NCBI GenBank assembly: GCA_964016885.1
Contig: OZ024740.1
Coordinates: forward strand, 317,936,001 to 318,000,000
Reading direction: 5' to 3'
Length of the DNA: 64,000 nucleotides
Origin: Eledone cirrhosa
Lineage: Eukaryota
Position numbers and translations under genes: made by a program. This document shows positions 29,911 through 44,029 of the stretch, piece after piece; within the stretch, counting starts at the first letter, position 1; each line of letters begins with the position of its first letter. The notes below the pieces were generated by a model. The model saw only the letters and a program-made list of their open reading frames with translations, ran no database searches and was not told the DNA's origin.

Positions 29911-31349
29911 ATAATTCAGGATTGCCCCGTCTATTTCCACAACTTACATTCTACCTGACATTCTAACGACTCTACCAATTCGCTGTCTTTCTACTACAAT
30001 ACTCACAACAAATAATCCAGGATTGTCTCGTCTATTTCCACAACTTACATTCTATCTAACATTCTAACAACTCCACCAATTCGAAATCTTTCTACTACAA
30101 TACTCACAACAAATCATCCAGGATTGTCTCGTCTATTTCCACAACTTACGTTCTATCTGATATTCTAACGACTCTACCAATTCGAAGTCTTTCTACTACA
30201 ATACTAACAACAAATAATCCAGGATTGTCTCTTCTATTTCCACAACTTGCATTCTATCTGACATTCTAATGACTCTACCAATTCGAAGTCTTTCTACTAC
30301 AATACTCACAACAAATAATCCAGGATTGTCTCGTCTATTTCCACAAATTACATTCTATCTGACATTCTAACGACTCTACCAATTCGCTGTCTTTCTACTA
30401 CAATACTCACAACAAATAATCCAGGATTGTCTCGTCTATTTCCACAACATACATTCTATCTGACATTCTAACGAATCTACCAATTCGCTGTCTTTCTACT
30501 ACAATACTCAACAAATAATCCAGGACTGTCTCGTCTATTTCCACAACTTACGTTCTATCTGACATTCTAAAGACTCTAACAATTCGAAGTCTTTCTACTA
30601 CAATACTCAGAACAAATAATCCAGGTTTGTCTCGTCTATTTCCACAACTTACATTCTATCTAACATTCTAACGACTCTACCAATTCGAAGCCTTTTTACT
30701 ACATTACTCACAACAAATAATCCAGGATTGTCTCGTCTATTTCCACAACTTACATTCTATCTGATATTCTAACGACTCTACCAATTCGAAGTCTTTCTAC
30801 TACAATACTCACAACAAATAATCCAGGATTGTCTCGTCTATTTCCACAACTTACATTCTATCTGATATTCTAACGACTCTACCAATTCGAAGTCTTTCTA
30901 CTACAATACTAACAACAAATAATCCAGGATTGTCTCTTCTATTTCCACAACTTACATTCTATCTAACATTCTAACAACTCCACCAATTCGAAATCTTTCT
31001 ACTACAATACTCACAACAAATCATCCAGGATTGTCTCGTCTATTTCCACAACTTACATTCTATCTAACATTCTAACGACTCTACCAATTCGAAGCCTTTT
31101 TACTACATTACTCACAACAAATAATTCAGGATTGTCTCGTCTATTTCCACAAATTACATTCTATCTGACATTCTAACGACTCTACCAATTCGCTGTCTTT
31201 CTACTACAATACTCACAACAAATAATCCAGGATTGTCTCGTCTATTTCCACAACTTACATTCTATCTGATATTGTAACGTCTCTACCAATTCGAAGTCTT
31301 TCTACTACAATACTCACAACAAATAATCCAGGATTGTCTCGTCTATTTC

Positions 31350-34300
31350 CACAACTTACATTCTATCTGATATTCTAACGACCTACCAATTCGAAGTCTT
31401 TCTACAACAATACTAACAACAAATAATCCAGGATTGTCTCTTCTATTTCCACAACTTACGTTCTATCTGACATTCTAACAACTCTACCAATTCGAAATCT
31501 TTCTACTACAATACTCACAACAAATAATCCAGGATTGTCTCGTCTATTTCCACAACTTACATTCTATCTGATATTCTAACGACTCTACCAATTCGAAGTC
31601 TTTCTACTACAATACTAACAACAAATAATCCAGGATTGTCTCGTCTATTTCCACAACTTACGTTCTATCTGACATTCTAACAACTCTACCAATTCGAAGT
31701 CTTTCTACTACAATACTCACAACAAATAATACAGGATTGGCTCGTCTATTTCCACAACTTACATTCTATCTGATATTCTAACGACTCTACCAATTCGAAG
31801 TCTTTCTACTACAATACTAACAACAAATAATCCAGGATTGTCTCTTCTATTTCCACAACTTACATTCTATCTAACATTCTAACAACTCCACCAATTCGAA
31901 GTCTTTCTACTACAATACTAACAACAAATAATCCAGGATTGGGTCTTCTATTTCCACAACTTGCATTCTATCTGACATTCTAACGACTCTACCAATTCGA
32001 AGTCTTTCTACTACAATACTCACAACAAATAATCCAGGATTGTCTCGTCTATTTCCACAACATACATTCTATCTGACATTCTAACGACTCTACCAATTCG
32101 CTGTCTTTCTACTACAATACTCAACAAATAATCCAGGACTGTCTCGTCTATTTCCACAACTTACGTTCTATCTGACATTCTAAAGACTCTAACAATTCGA
32201 AGTCTTTCTACTACAATACTCAGAACAAATAATCCAGGTTTGTCTCGTCTATTTCCACAACTTACGTTCTATCTGACGTTCTAAAGACTCTAACAATTCG
32301 AAGTCTTTCTACTACAATACTCAGAACAAATAATCCAGGTTTGTCTCGTCTATTTCCACAACTTACATTCTATCTAACATTCTAACGACTCTACCAATTC
32401 GAAGCCTTTTTACTACATTACTCACAACAAATAATCCAGGATTGTCTCGTCTATTTCCACAACTTACATTCTATCTGATATTCTAACGACTCTACCAATT
32501 CGAAGTCTTTCTACTACAATACTCACAACAAATAATCCAGGATTGTCTCGTCTATTTCCACAACTTACATTCTATCTGATATTCTAACGACTCTACCAAT
32601 TCGAAGTCTTTCTACTACAATACTAACAACAAATAATCCAGGAATGTCTCTTCTATTTCCACAACTTACATTCTATCTGACATTCTAACAACTCTACCAA
32701 TTCGAAATCTTTCTCCTACAATACTCACAACAAATAGTCCAGGATTGTCTCGTCTATTTCCACAACTTACATTCTATCTGATATTCTAACGACTCTACCA
32801 ATTCGAAGTCTTTCTACTACAATACTAACAACAAATAATCCAGGATTGGCTCTTCTATTTCCACAACTTGCATTCTATCTGACATTCTAACGACTCTACC
32901 AATTCGAAGTCTTTCTACTACAATACTAACAACAAATAATCCAGGATTGTCTCTTCTATTTCCACAACTTACATTCTATCTAACATTCTAACAACTCCAC
33001 CAATTCGAAATCTTTCTACTACAATACTCACAACAAATCATCCAGGATTGTCTCGTCTATTTCCACAACTTACATTCTATCTGATATTCTAACGACTCTA
33101 CCAATTCGAAGTCTTTCTACTACAATACTAACAACAAATAATCCAGGATTGTCTCTTCTATTTCCACAACTTGCATTCTATCTGACATTCTAATGACTCT
33201 ACCAATTCGAAGTCTTTCTACTACAATACACACAACAAATAATCCAGGATTGTCTCGTCTATTTCCACAACTTGCATTCTATCTGACATTCTAACGACTC
33301 TACCAATTCGAAGTCTTTCTACTACAATACTCACAACAAATAATCCAGGATTGTCTCGTCTATTTCCACAAATTACATTCTATCTGACATTCTAACGACT
33401 CTACCAATTCGCTATCTTTCTACTACAATACTCACAACAAATAATCCAGGATTGTCTCGTCTATTTCCACAACTTACATTCTATCTAACATTCTAACGAC
33501 TCTACCAATTCGAAGCCTTTTTACTACATTACTCACAACAAATAATTCAGGATTGTCTCGTCTATTTCCACAAATTACATTCTATCTGACATTCTAACGA
33601 CTCTACCAATTCGCTGTCTTTCTACTACAATACTCACAACAAATAATCCAGGATTGTCTCGTCTATTTCCACAACTTACATTCTATCTTATATTCTAACG
33701 TCTCTACCAATTCGAAGTCTTTCTACTACAATACTCACAACAAATAATCCAGGATTGTCTCGTCTATTTCCACAACTTACATTCTATCTGATATTCTAAC
33801 GACTCTACCAATTCGAAGTCTTTCTACTACAATACTAACAACAAATAATCCAGGAATGTCTCTTCTATTTCCACAACTTACATTCTATCTGACATTCTAA
33901 CAACTCTACCAATTCGAAATCTTTCTACTACAATACTCACAACAAATAATCCAAGATTGTCTCGTCTATTTCCACAACTTACATTCTATCTGATATTCTA
34001 ACGACTCTACCAATTCGAAGTCTTTCTACAACAATACTAACAACAAATAATCCAGGATTGTCTCTTCTATTTCCACAACTTACGTTCTATCTGACATTCT
34101 AACAACTCTACCAATTCGAAATCTTTCTACTACAATACTCACAACAAATAATCCAGGATTGTCTCGTCTATTTCCACAACTTACATTCTATCTGATATTC
34201 TAACGACTCTACCAATTCGAAGTCTTTCTACTACAATACTAACAACAAATAATCCAGGATTGTCTCGTCTATTTCCACAACTTACGTTCTATCTGACATT

Positions 34301-37300
34301 CTAACAACTCTACCAATTCGAAGTCTTTCTACTACAATACTCACAACAAATAATACAGGATTGGCTCGTCTATTTCCACAACTTACATTCTATCTGATAT
34401 TCTAACGACTCTACCAATTCGAAGTCTTTCTACTACAATACTAACAACAAATAATCCAGGATTGTCTCTTCTATTTCCACAACTTACATTCTATCTAACA
34501 TTCTAACAACTCCACCAATTCGAAATCTTTCTACTACAATACTCACAACAAATCATCCAGGATTGTCTCGTCTATTTCCACAACTTACATTCTATCTGAT
34601 ATTCTAACGACTCTACCAATTCGAAGTCTTTCTACTACAATACTAACAACAAATAATCCAGGATTGGGTCTTCTATTTCCACAACTTGCATTCTATCTGA
34701 CATTCTAACGACTCTACCAATTCGAAGTCTTTCTACTACAATACTCACAACAAATAATCCAGGATTGTCTCGTCTATTTCCACAACTTGCATTCTATCTG
34801 ACATTCTAACGACTCTACCAATTCGAAGTCTTTCTACTACAATACTCACAACAAATAATCCAGGATTGTCTCGTCTATTTCCACAACATACATTCTATCT
34901 GACATTCTAACGACTCTACCAATTCGCTGTCTTTCTACTACAATACTCAACAAATAATCCAGGACTGTCTCGTCTATTTCCACAACTTACGTACTATCTG
35001 ACATTCTAAAGACTCTAACAATTCGAAGTCCTTCTACTACAATACTCAGAACAAATAATCCAGGTTTGTCTCGTCTATTTCCACAACTTACATTCTATCT
35101 AACATTCTAACGACTCTACCAATTCGAAGCCTTTTTACTACATTACTCACAACAAATAATTCAGGATTGCCCCGTCTATTTCCACAACTTACATTCTACC
35201 TGACATTCTAACGACTCTACCAATTCGCTGTCTTTCTACTACAATACTCACAACAAATAATCCAGGATTGTCTCGTCTATTTCCACAACTTACATTCTAT
35301 CTAACATTCTAACAACTCCACCAATTCGAAATCTTTCTACTACAATACTCACAACAAATCATCCAGTATTGTCTCGTCTATTTCCACAACTTACGTTCTA
35401 TCTGATATTCTAACGACTCTACCAATTCGAAGTCTTTCTACTACAATACTAACAACAAATAATCCAGGATTGTCTCTTCTATTTCCACAACTTGCATTCT
35501 ATCTGACATTCTAATGACTCTACCAATTCGAAGTCTTTCTACTACAATACTCACAACAAATAATCCAGGATTGTCTCGTCTATTTCCACAAATTACATTC
35601 TATCTGACATTCTAACGACTCTACCAATTCGCTGTCTTTCTACTACAATACTCACAACAAATAATCCAGGATTGTCTCGTCTATTTCCACAACATACATT
35701 CTATCTGACATTCTAACGACTCTACCAATTCGCTGTCTTTCTACTACAATACTCAACAAATAATCCAGGACTGTCTCGTCTATTTCCACAACTTACGTTC
35801 TATCTGACATTCTAAAGACTCTAACAATTCGAAGTCTTTCTACTACAATACTCAGAACAAATAATCCAGGTTTGTCTCGTCTATTTCCACAACTTACATT
35901 CTATCTAACATTCTAACGACTCTACCAATTCGAAGTCTTTCTACTACAATACTCACAACAAATAATCCAGGATTGTCTCGTCTATTTCCACAACTTACAT
36001 TCTATCTGATATTCTAACGACTCTACCAATTCGAAGTCTTTCTACTACAATACTAACAACAAATAATCCAGGAATGTCTCTTCTATTTCCACAACTTACA
36101 TTCTATCTGACATTCTAACAACTCTACCAATTCGAAATCTTTCTCCTACAATACTCACAACAAATAGTCCAGGATTGTCTCGTCTATTTCCACAACTTAC
36201 ATTCTATCTGATATTCTAACGACTCTACCAATTCGAAGTCTTTCTACTACAATACTAACAACAAATAATCCAGGATTGGCTCTTCTATTTCCACAACTTG
36301 CATTCTATCTGACATTCTAACGACTCTACCAATTCGAAGTCTTTCTACTACAATACTAACAACAAATAATCCAGGATTGTCTCTTCTATTTCCACAACTT
36401 ACATTCTATCTAACATTCTAACAACTCCACCAATTCGAAATCTTTCTACTACAATACTCACAACAAATCATCCAGGATTGTCTCGTCTATTTCCACAACT
36501 TACATTCTATCTGATATTCTAACGACTCTACCAATTCGAAGTCTTTCTACTACAATACTAACAACAAATAATCCAGGATTGTCTCGTCTATTTCCACAAA
36601 TTACATTCTATCTGACATTCTAACGACTCTACCAATTCGCTGTCTTTCTACTACAATACTCACAACAAATAATCCAGGATTGTCTCGTCTATTTCCACAA
36701 CTTACATTCTATCTAACATTCTAACGACTCTACCAATTCGAAGCCTTTTTACTACATTACTCACAACAAATAATTCAGGATTGTCTCGTCTATTTCCACA
36801 AATTACATTCTATCTGACATTCTAACGACTCTACCAATTCGCTGTCTTTCTACTACAATACTAACAACAAATAATCCAGGAATGTCTCTTCTATTTTCAC
36901 AACTTACATTCTATCTGACATTCTAACAACTCTACCAATTCGAAATCTTTCTACTACAATACTCACAACAAATAATCCAAGATTGTCTCGTCTATTTCCA
37001 CAACTTACATTCTATCTGATATTCTAACGACCTACCAATTCGAAGTCTTTCTACAACAATACTAACAACAAATAATCCAGGATTGTCTCTTCTATTTCCA
37101 CAACTTACGTTCTATCTGACATTCTAACAACTCTACCAATTCGAAATCTTTCTACTACAATACTCACAACAAATAATCCAGGATTGTCTCGTCTATTTCC
37201 ACAACTTACATTCTATCTGATATTCTAACGACTCTACCAATTCGAAGTCTTTCTACTACAATACTAACAACAAATAATCCAGGATTGTCTCGTCTATTTC

Positions 37301-40300
37301 CACAACTTACGTTCTATCTGACATTCTAACAACTTTACCAATTCGAAGTCTTTCTACTACAATACTCACAACAAATAATACAGGATTGGCTCGTCTATTT
37401 CCACAACTTACATTCTATCTGATATTCTAACGACTCTACCAATTCGAAGTCTTTCTACTACAATACTAACAACAAATAATCCAGGATTGTCTCTTCTATT
37501 TCCACAACTTACATTCTATCTAACATTCTAACAACTCCACCAATTCGAAATCTTTCTACTACAATACTCACAACAAATCATCCAGGATTGTCTCGTCTAT
37601 TTCCACAACTTACATTCTATCTGATATTCTAACGACTCTACCAATTCGAAGTCTTTCTACTACAATACTAACAACAAATAATCCAGGATTGGGTCTTCTA
37701 TTTCCACAACTTGCATTCTATCTGACATTCTAACGACTCTACCAATTCGAAGTCTTTCTACTACAATACTCACAACAAATAATCCAGGATTGTCTCGTCT
37801 ATTTCCACAACTTGCATTCTATCTGACATTCTAACGACTCTACCAATTCGAAGTCTTTCTACTACAATACTCACAACAAATAATCCAGGATTGTCTCGTC
37901 TATTTCCACAACATACATTCTATCTGACATTCTAACGACTCTACCAATTCGCTGTCTTTCTACTACAATACTCAACAAATAATCCAGGACTGTCTCGTCT
38001 ATTTCCACAACTTACGTTCTATCTGACATTCTAAAGACTCTAACAATTCGAAGTCTTTCTACTACAATACTCAGAACAAATAATCCAGGTTTGTCTCGTC
38101 TATTTCCACAACTTACGTTCTATCTGACGTTCTAAAGACTCTAACAATTCGAAGTCTTTCTACTACAATACTCAGAACAAATAATCCAGGTTTGTCTCGT
38201 CTATTTCCACAACTTACATTCTATCTAACATTCTAACGACTCTACCAATTCGAAGCCTTTTTACTACATTACTCACAACAAATAATCCAGGATTGTCTCG
38301 TCTATTTCCACAACTTACATTCTATCTGATATTCTAACGACTCTACCAATTCGAAGTCTTTCTACTACAATACTCACAACAAATAATCCAGGATTGTCTC
38401 GTCTATTTCCACAACTTACATTCTATCTGATATTCTAACGACTCTACCAATTCGAAGTCTTTCTACTACAATACTAACAACAAATAATCCAGGAATGTCT
38501 CTTCTATTTCCACAACTTACATTCTATCTGACATTCTAACAACTCTACCAATTCGAAATCTTTCTCTTACAATACTCACAACAAATAGTCCAGGATTGTC
38601 TCGTCTATTTCCACAACTTACATTCTATCTGATATTCTAACGACTCTACAAATTCGAAGTCTTTCTACTACAATACTAACAACAAATAATCCAGGATTGG
38701 CTCTTCTATTTCCACAACTTGCATTCTATCTGACATTCTAACGACTCTACCAATTCGAAGTCTTTCTACTACAATACTAACAACAAATAATCCAGGATTG
38801 TCTCTTCTATTTCCACAACTTACATTCTATCTAACATTCTAACAACTCCACCAATTCGAAATCTTTCTACTACAATACTCACAACACATCATCCAGGATT
38901 GTCTCGTCTATTTGCACAACTTACATTCTATCTGATATTCTAACGACTCTACCAATTCGAAGTCTTTCTACTACAATACTAACAACAAATAATCCAGGAT
39001 TGTCTCTTCTATTTCCACAACTTGCATTCTATCTGACATTCTAATGACTCTACCAATTCGAAGTCTTTCTACTACAATACACACAACAAATAATCCAGGA
39101 TTGTCTCGTCTATTTCCACAACTTGCATTCTATCTGACATTCTAACGACTCTACCAATTCGAAGTCTTTCTACTACAATACTCACAACAAATAATCCAGG
39201 ATTGTCTCGTCTATTTCCACAAATTACATTCTATCTGACATTCTAACGACTCTACCAATTCGCTGTCTTTCTACTACAATACTCACAACAAATAATCCAG
39301 GATTGTCTCGTCTATTTCCACAACTTACATTCTATCTAACATTCTAACGACTCTACCAATTCGAAGCCTTTTTACTACATTACTCACAACAAATAATTCA
39401 GGATTGTCTCGTCTATTTCCACAAATTACATTCTATCTGACATTCTAACGACTCTACCAATTCGCTGTCTTTCTACTACAATACTCACAACAAATAATCC
39501 AGGATTGTCTCGTCTATTTCCACAACTTACATTCTATCTGATATTCTAACGTCTCTACCAATTCGAAGTCTTTCTACTACAATACTCACAACAAATAATC
39601 CAGGATTGTCTCGTCTATTTCCACAACTTACATTCTATCTGATATTCTAACGACTCTACCAATTCGAAGTCTTTCTACTACAATACTAACAACAAATAAT
39701 CCAGGAATGTCTCTTCTATTTCCACAACTTACATTCTATCTGACATTCTAACAACTCTACCAATTCGAAATCTTTCTACTACAATACTCACAACAAATAA
39801 TCCAAGATTGTCTCGTCTATTTCCACAACTTACATTCTATCTGATATTCTAACGACTCTACCAATTCGAAGTCTTTCTACAACAATACTAACAACAAATA
39901 ATCCAGGATTGTCTCTTCTATTTCCACAACTTACGTTCTATCTGACATTCTAACAACTCTACCAATTCGAAATCTTTCTACTACAATACTCACAACAAAT
40001 AATCCAGGATTGTCTCGTCTATTTCCACAACTTACATTCTATCTGATATTCTAACGACTCTACCAATTCGAAGTCTTTCTACTACAATACTAACAACAAA
40101 TAATCCAGGATTGTCTCGTCTATTTCCACAACTTACGTTCTATCTGACATTCTAACAACTCTACCAATTCGAAGTCTTTCTACTACAATACTCACAACAA
40201 ATAATACAGGATTGGCTCGTCTATTTCCACAACTTACATTCTATCTGATATTCTAACGACTCTACCAATTCGAAGTCTTTCTACTACAATACTAACAACA

Positions 40301-41040
40301 AATAATCCAGGATTGTCTCTTCTATTTCCACAACTTACATTCTATCTAACATTCTAACAACTCCACCAATTCGAAATCTTTCTACTACAATACTCACAAC
40401 AAATCATCCAGGATTGTCTCGTCTATTTCCACAACTTACATTCTATCTGATATTCTAACGACTCTACCAATTCGAAGTCTTTCTACTACAATACTAACAA
40501 CAAATAATCCAGGATTGGGTCTTCTATTTCCACAACTTGCATTCTATCTGACATTCTAACGACTCTACCAATTCGAAGTCTTTCTACTACAATACTCACA
40601 ACAAATAATCCAGGATTGTCTCGTCTATTTCCACAACTTGCATTCTATCTGACATTCTAACGACTCTACCAATTCGAAGTCTTTCTACTACAATACTCAA
40701 CAAATAATCCAGGACTGTCTCGTCTATTTCCACAACTTACGTTCTATCTGACATTCTAAAGACTCTAACAATTCGAAGTCTTTCTACTACAATACTCAGA
40801 ACAAATAATCCAGGTTTGTCTCGTCTATTTCCACAACTTACATTCTATCTAACATTCTAACGACTCTACCAATTCGAAGCCTTTTTACTACATTACTCAC
40901 AACAAATAATTCAGGATTGCCCCGTCTATTTCCACAACTTACATTCTACCTGACATTCTAACGACTCTACCAATTCGCTGTCTTTCTACTACAATACTCA
41001 CAACAAATAATCCAGGATTGTCTCGTCTATTTCCACAACT
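31350..41040. repeat. 58-monomer (5851 bp) duplication
   Basis: TGACGTT 32274/38125, AATACACAC 33225/39076, AACGTCTC 33700/39551, CCAAGATT 33951/39802 and TTGGGTC 34666/40517. The 1-bp deletion GACCTACC is shared at about 31381 and 37030. Confidence 0.88.
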
Positions 41041-43480
41041 TACACTCTATCTGATATTCTAACGACTCTACCAATTCGAAGTCTTTCTACTACAATACTA
41101 ACAACAAATAATCCAGGAATGTCTCTTCTATTTCCACAACTTACATTCTATCTGACATTCTAACATCTCTACCGATTCGAAATCTTTCTACTACAATACT
41201 CACAACAAATAATCCAGGATTGTCTCGTCTATTTCCACAACTTACATTCTATCTAACATTCTAACAACTCCACCAATTCGAAATCTTTCTACTACAATAC
41301 TCACAACAAATCATCCAGGATTGTCTCGTCTATTTCCACAACTTACGTTCTATCTGATATTCTAACGACTCTACCAATTCGAAGTCTTTCTACTACAATA
41401 CTAACAAGAAATAATCCAGGATTGTCTCTTCTATTTCCACAACTTACATTCTATCTAACATTCTAACAACTCCACCAATTCGAAATCTTTCTACTACAAT
41501 ACTCACAACAAATCATCCAGGATTGTCTCGTCTATTTCCACAACTTACATTCTATCTGATATTCTAACGACTCTACCAATTCGAAGTCTTTCTACTACAA
41601 TACTAACAACAAATAATCCAGGATTGTCTCTTCTATTTCCACAACTTGCATTCTATCTGACATTCTAATGACTCTACCAATTCGAAGTCTTTCTACTACA
41701 ATACACACAACAAATAATCCAGGATTGTCTCGTCTATTTCCACAACTTGCATTCTATCTGACATTCTAACGACTCTACCAATTCGAAGTCTTTCTACTAC
41801 AATACTCACAACAAATAATCCAGGATTGTCTCGTCTATTTCCACAAATTACATTCTATCTGACATTCTAACGACTCTACCAATTCGCTGTCTTTCTACTA
41901 CAATACTCACAACAAATAATCCAGGATTGTCTCGTCTATTTCCACAACTTACATTCTATCTAACATTCTAACGACTCTACCAATTCGAAGCCTTTTTACT
42001 ACATTACTCACAACAAATAATTCAGGATTGTCTCGTCTATTTCCCCAAATTACATTCTATCTGACATTCTAACGACTCTACCAATTCGAAGTCTTTCTAC
42101 TACAATACTAACAACAAATAATCCAGGATTGTCTCTTCTATTTCCACAACTTACGTTCTATCTGACATTCTAACAACTCTACCAATTCGAAATCTTTCTA
42201 CTACAATACTCACAACAAATAATCCAGGATTGTCTCGTCTATTTCCACAACTTACATTCTATCTGATATTCTAACGACTCTACCAATTCGCTGTCTTTCT
42301 ACTACAATACTCACAACAAATAATCCAGGATTGTCTCGTCTATTTCCACAACTTACATTCTATCTGATATTCTAACGACTCTACCAATTCGAAGTCTGTC
42401 TACTACAATACTCACAACAAATAATCCAGGATTGTCTCGTCTATTTCCACAACTTACATTCTATCTGATATTCTAACGACTCTACCAATTCGAAGTCTTT
42501 CTACTACAATACTAACAACAAATAATCCAGGAATGTCTCTTCTATTTCCACAACTTACATTCTATCTGACATTCTAACATCTCTACCGATTCGAAATCTT
42601 TCTACTACAATACTCACAACAAATAATCCAGGATTGTCTCGTCTATTTCCACAACTTACATTCTATCTAACATTCTAACAACTCCACCAATTCGAAATCT
42701 TTCTACTACAATACTCACAATAAATCATCCAGGATTGTCTCGTCTATTTCCACAACTTACGTTCTATCTGATATTCTAACGACTCTACCAATTCGAAGTC
42801 TTTCTACTACAATACTAACAACAAATAATCCAGGATTGTCTCTTCTATTTCCACAACTTACATTCTATCTAACATTCTAACAACTCCACCAATTCGAAAT
42901 CTTTCTACTACAATACTCACAACAAATCATCCAGGATTGTCTCGTCTATTTCCACAACTTACATTCTATCTGATATTCTAACGACTCTACCAATTCGAAG
43001 TCTTTCTACTACAATACTAACAACAAATAATCCAGGATTGTCTCTTCTATTTCCACAACTTGCATTCTATCTGACATTCTAATGACTCTACCAATTCGAA
43101 GTCTTTCTACTACAATACACACAACAAATAATCCAGGATTGTCTCGTCTATTTCCACAACTTGCATTCTATCTGACATTCTAACGACTCTACCAATTCGA
43201 AGTCTTTCTACTACAATACTCACAACAAATAATCCAGGATTGTCTCGTCTATTTCCACAAATTACATTCTATCTGACATTCTAACGACTCTACCAATTCG
43301 CTGTCTTTCTACTACAATACTCACAACAAATAATCCAGGATTGTCTCGTCTATTTCCACAACTTACATTCTATCTAACATTCTAACGACTCTACCAATTC
43401 GAAGCCTTTTTACTACATTACTCACAACAAATAATTCAGGATTGTCTCGTCTATTTCCACAAATTACATTCTATCTGACA
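41030..43480. repeat. 14-monomer (1414 bp) duplication
   Basis: TAACATCTCTACCGATT at 41161 and 42575, followed by the same monomer order including the AATACACAC variant. Confidence 0.8.
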
Positions 43481-44029
43481 TTCTAACGACTCTACCAATT
43501 CGCTGTCTTTCTACTACAATACTCACAACAAATAATCCAGGATTGTCTCGTCTATTTCCACAACTTACATTCTATCTGATATTCTAACGACTCTACCAAT
43601 TCGAAGTCTTTCTACTACAATACTCACAACAAATAATCCAGGATTGTCTCGTCTATTTCCACAACTTACATTCTATCTGATATTCTAACGACTCTACCAA
43701 TTCGAAGTCTTTCTACTACAATACTAACAACAAATAATCCAGGATTGTCTCTTCTATTTCCACAACTTACGTTCTATCTGACATTCTAACAACTCTACCA
43801 ATTCGAAATCTTTCTACTACAATACTCACAACAAATAATCCAGGATTGTCTCGTCTATTTCCACAACTTACATTCTATCTGATATTCTAACGACTCTACC
43901 AATTCGAAGTCTTTCTACTACAATACTAACAACAAATAATCCAGGATTGTCTCGTCTATTTCCACAACTTACGTTCTATCTGACATTCTAACAACTCTAC
44001 CAATTCGAAGTCTTTCTACTACAATACTC

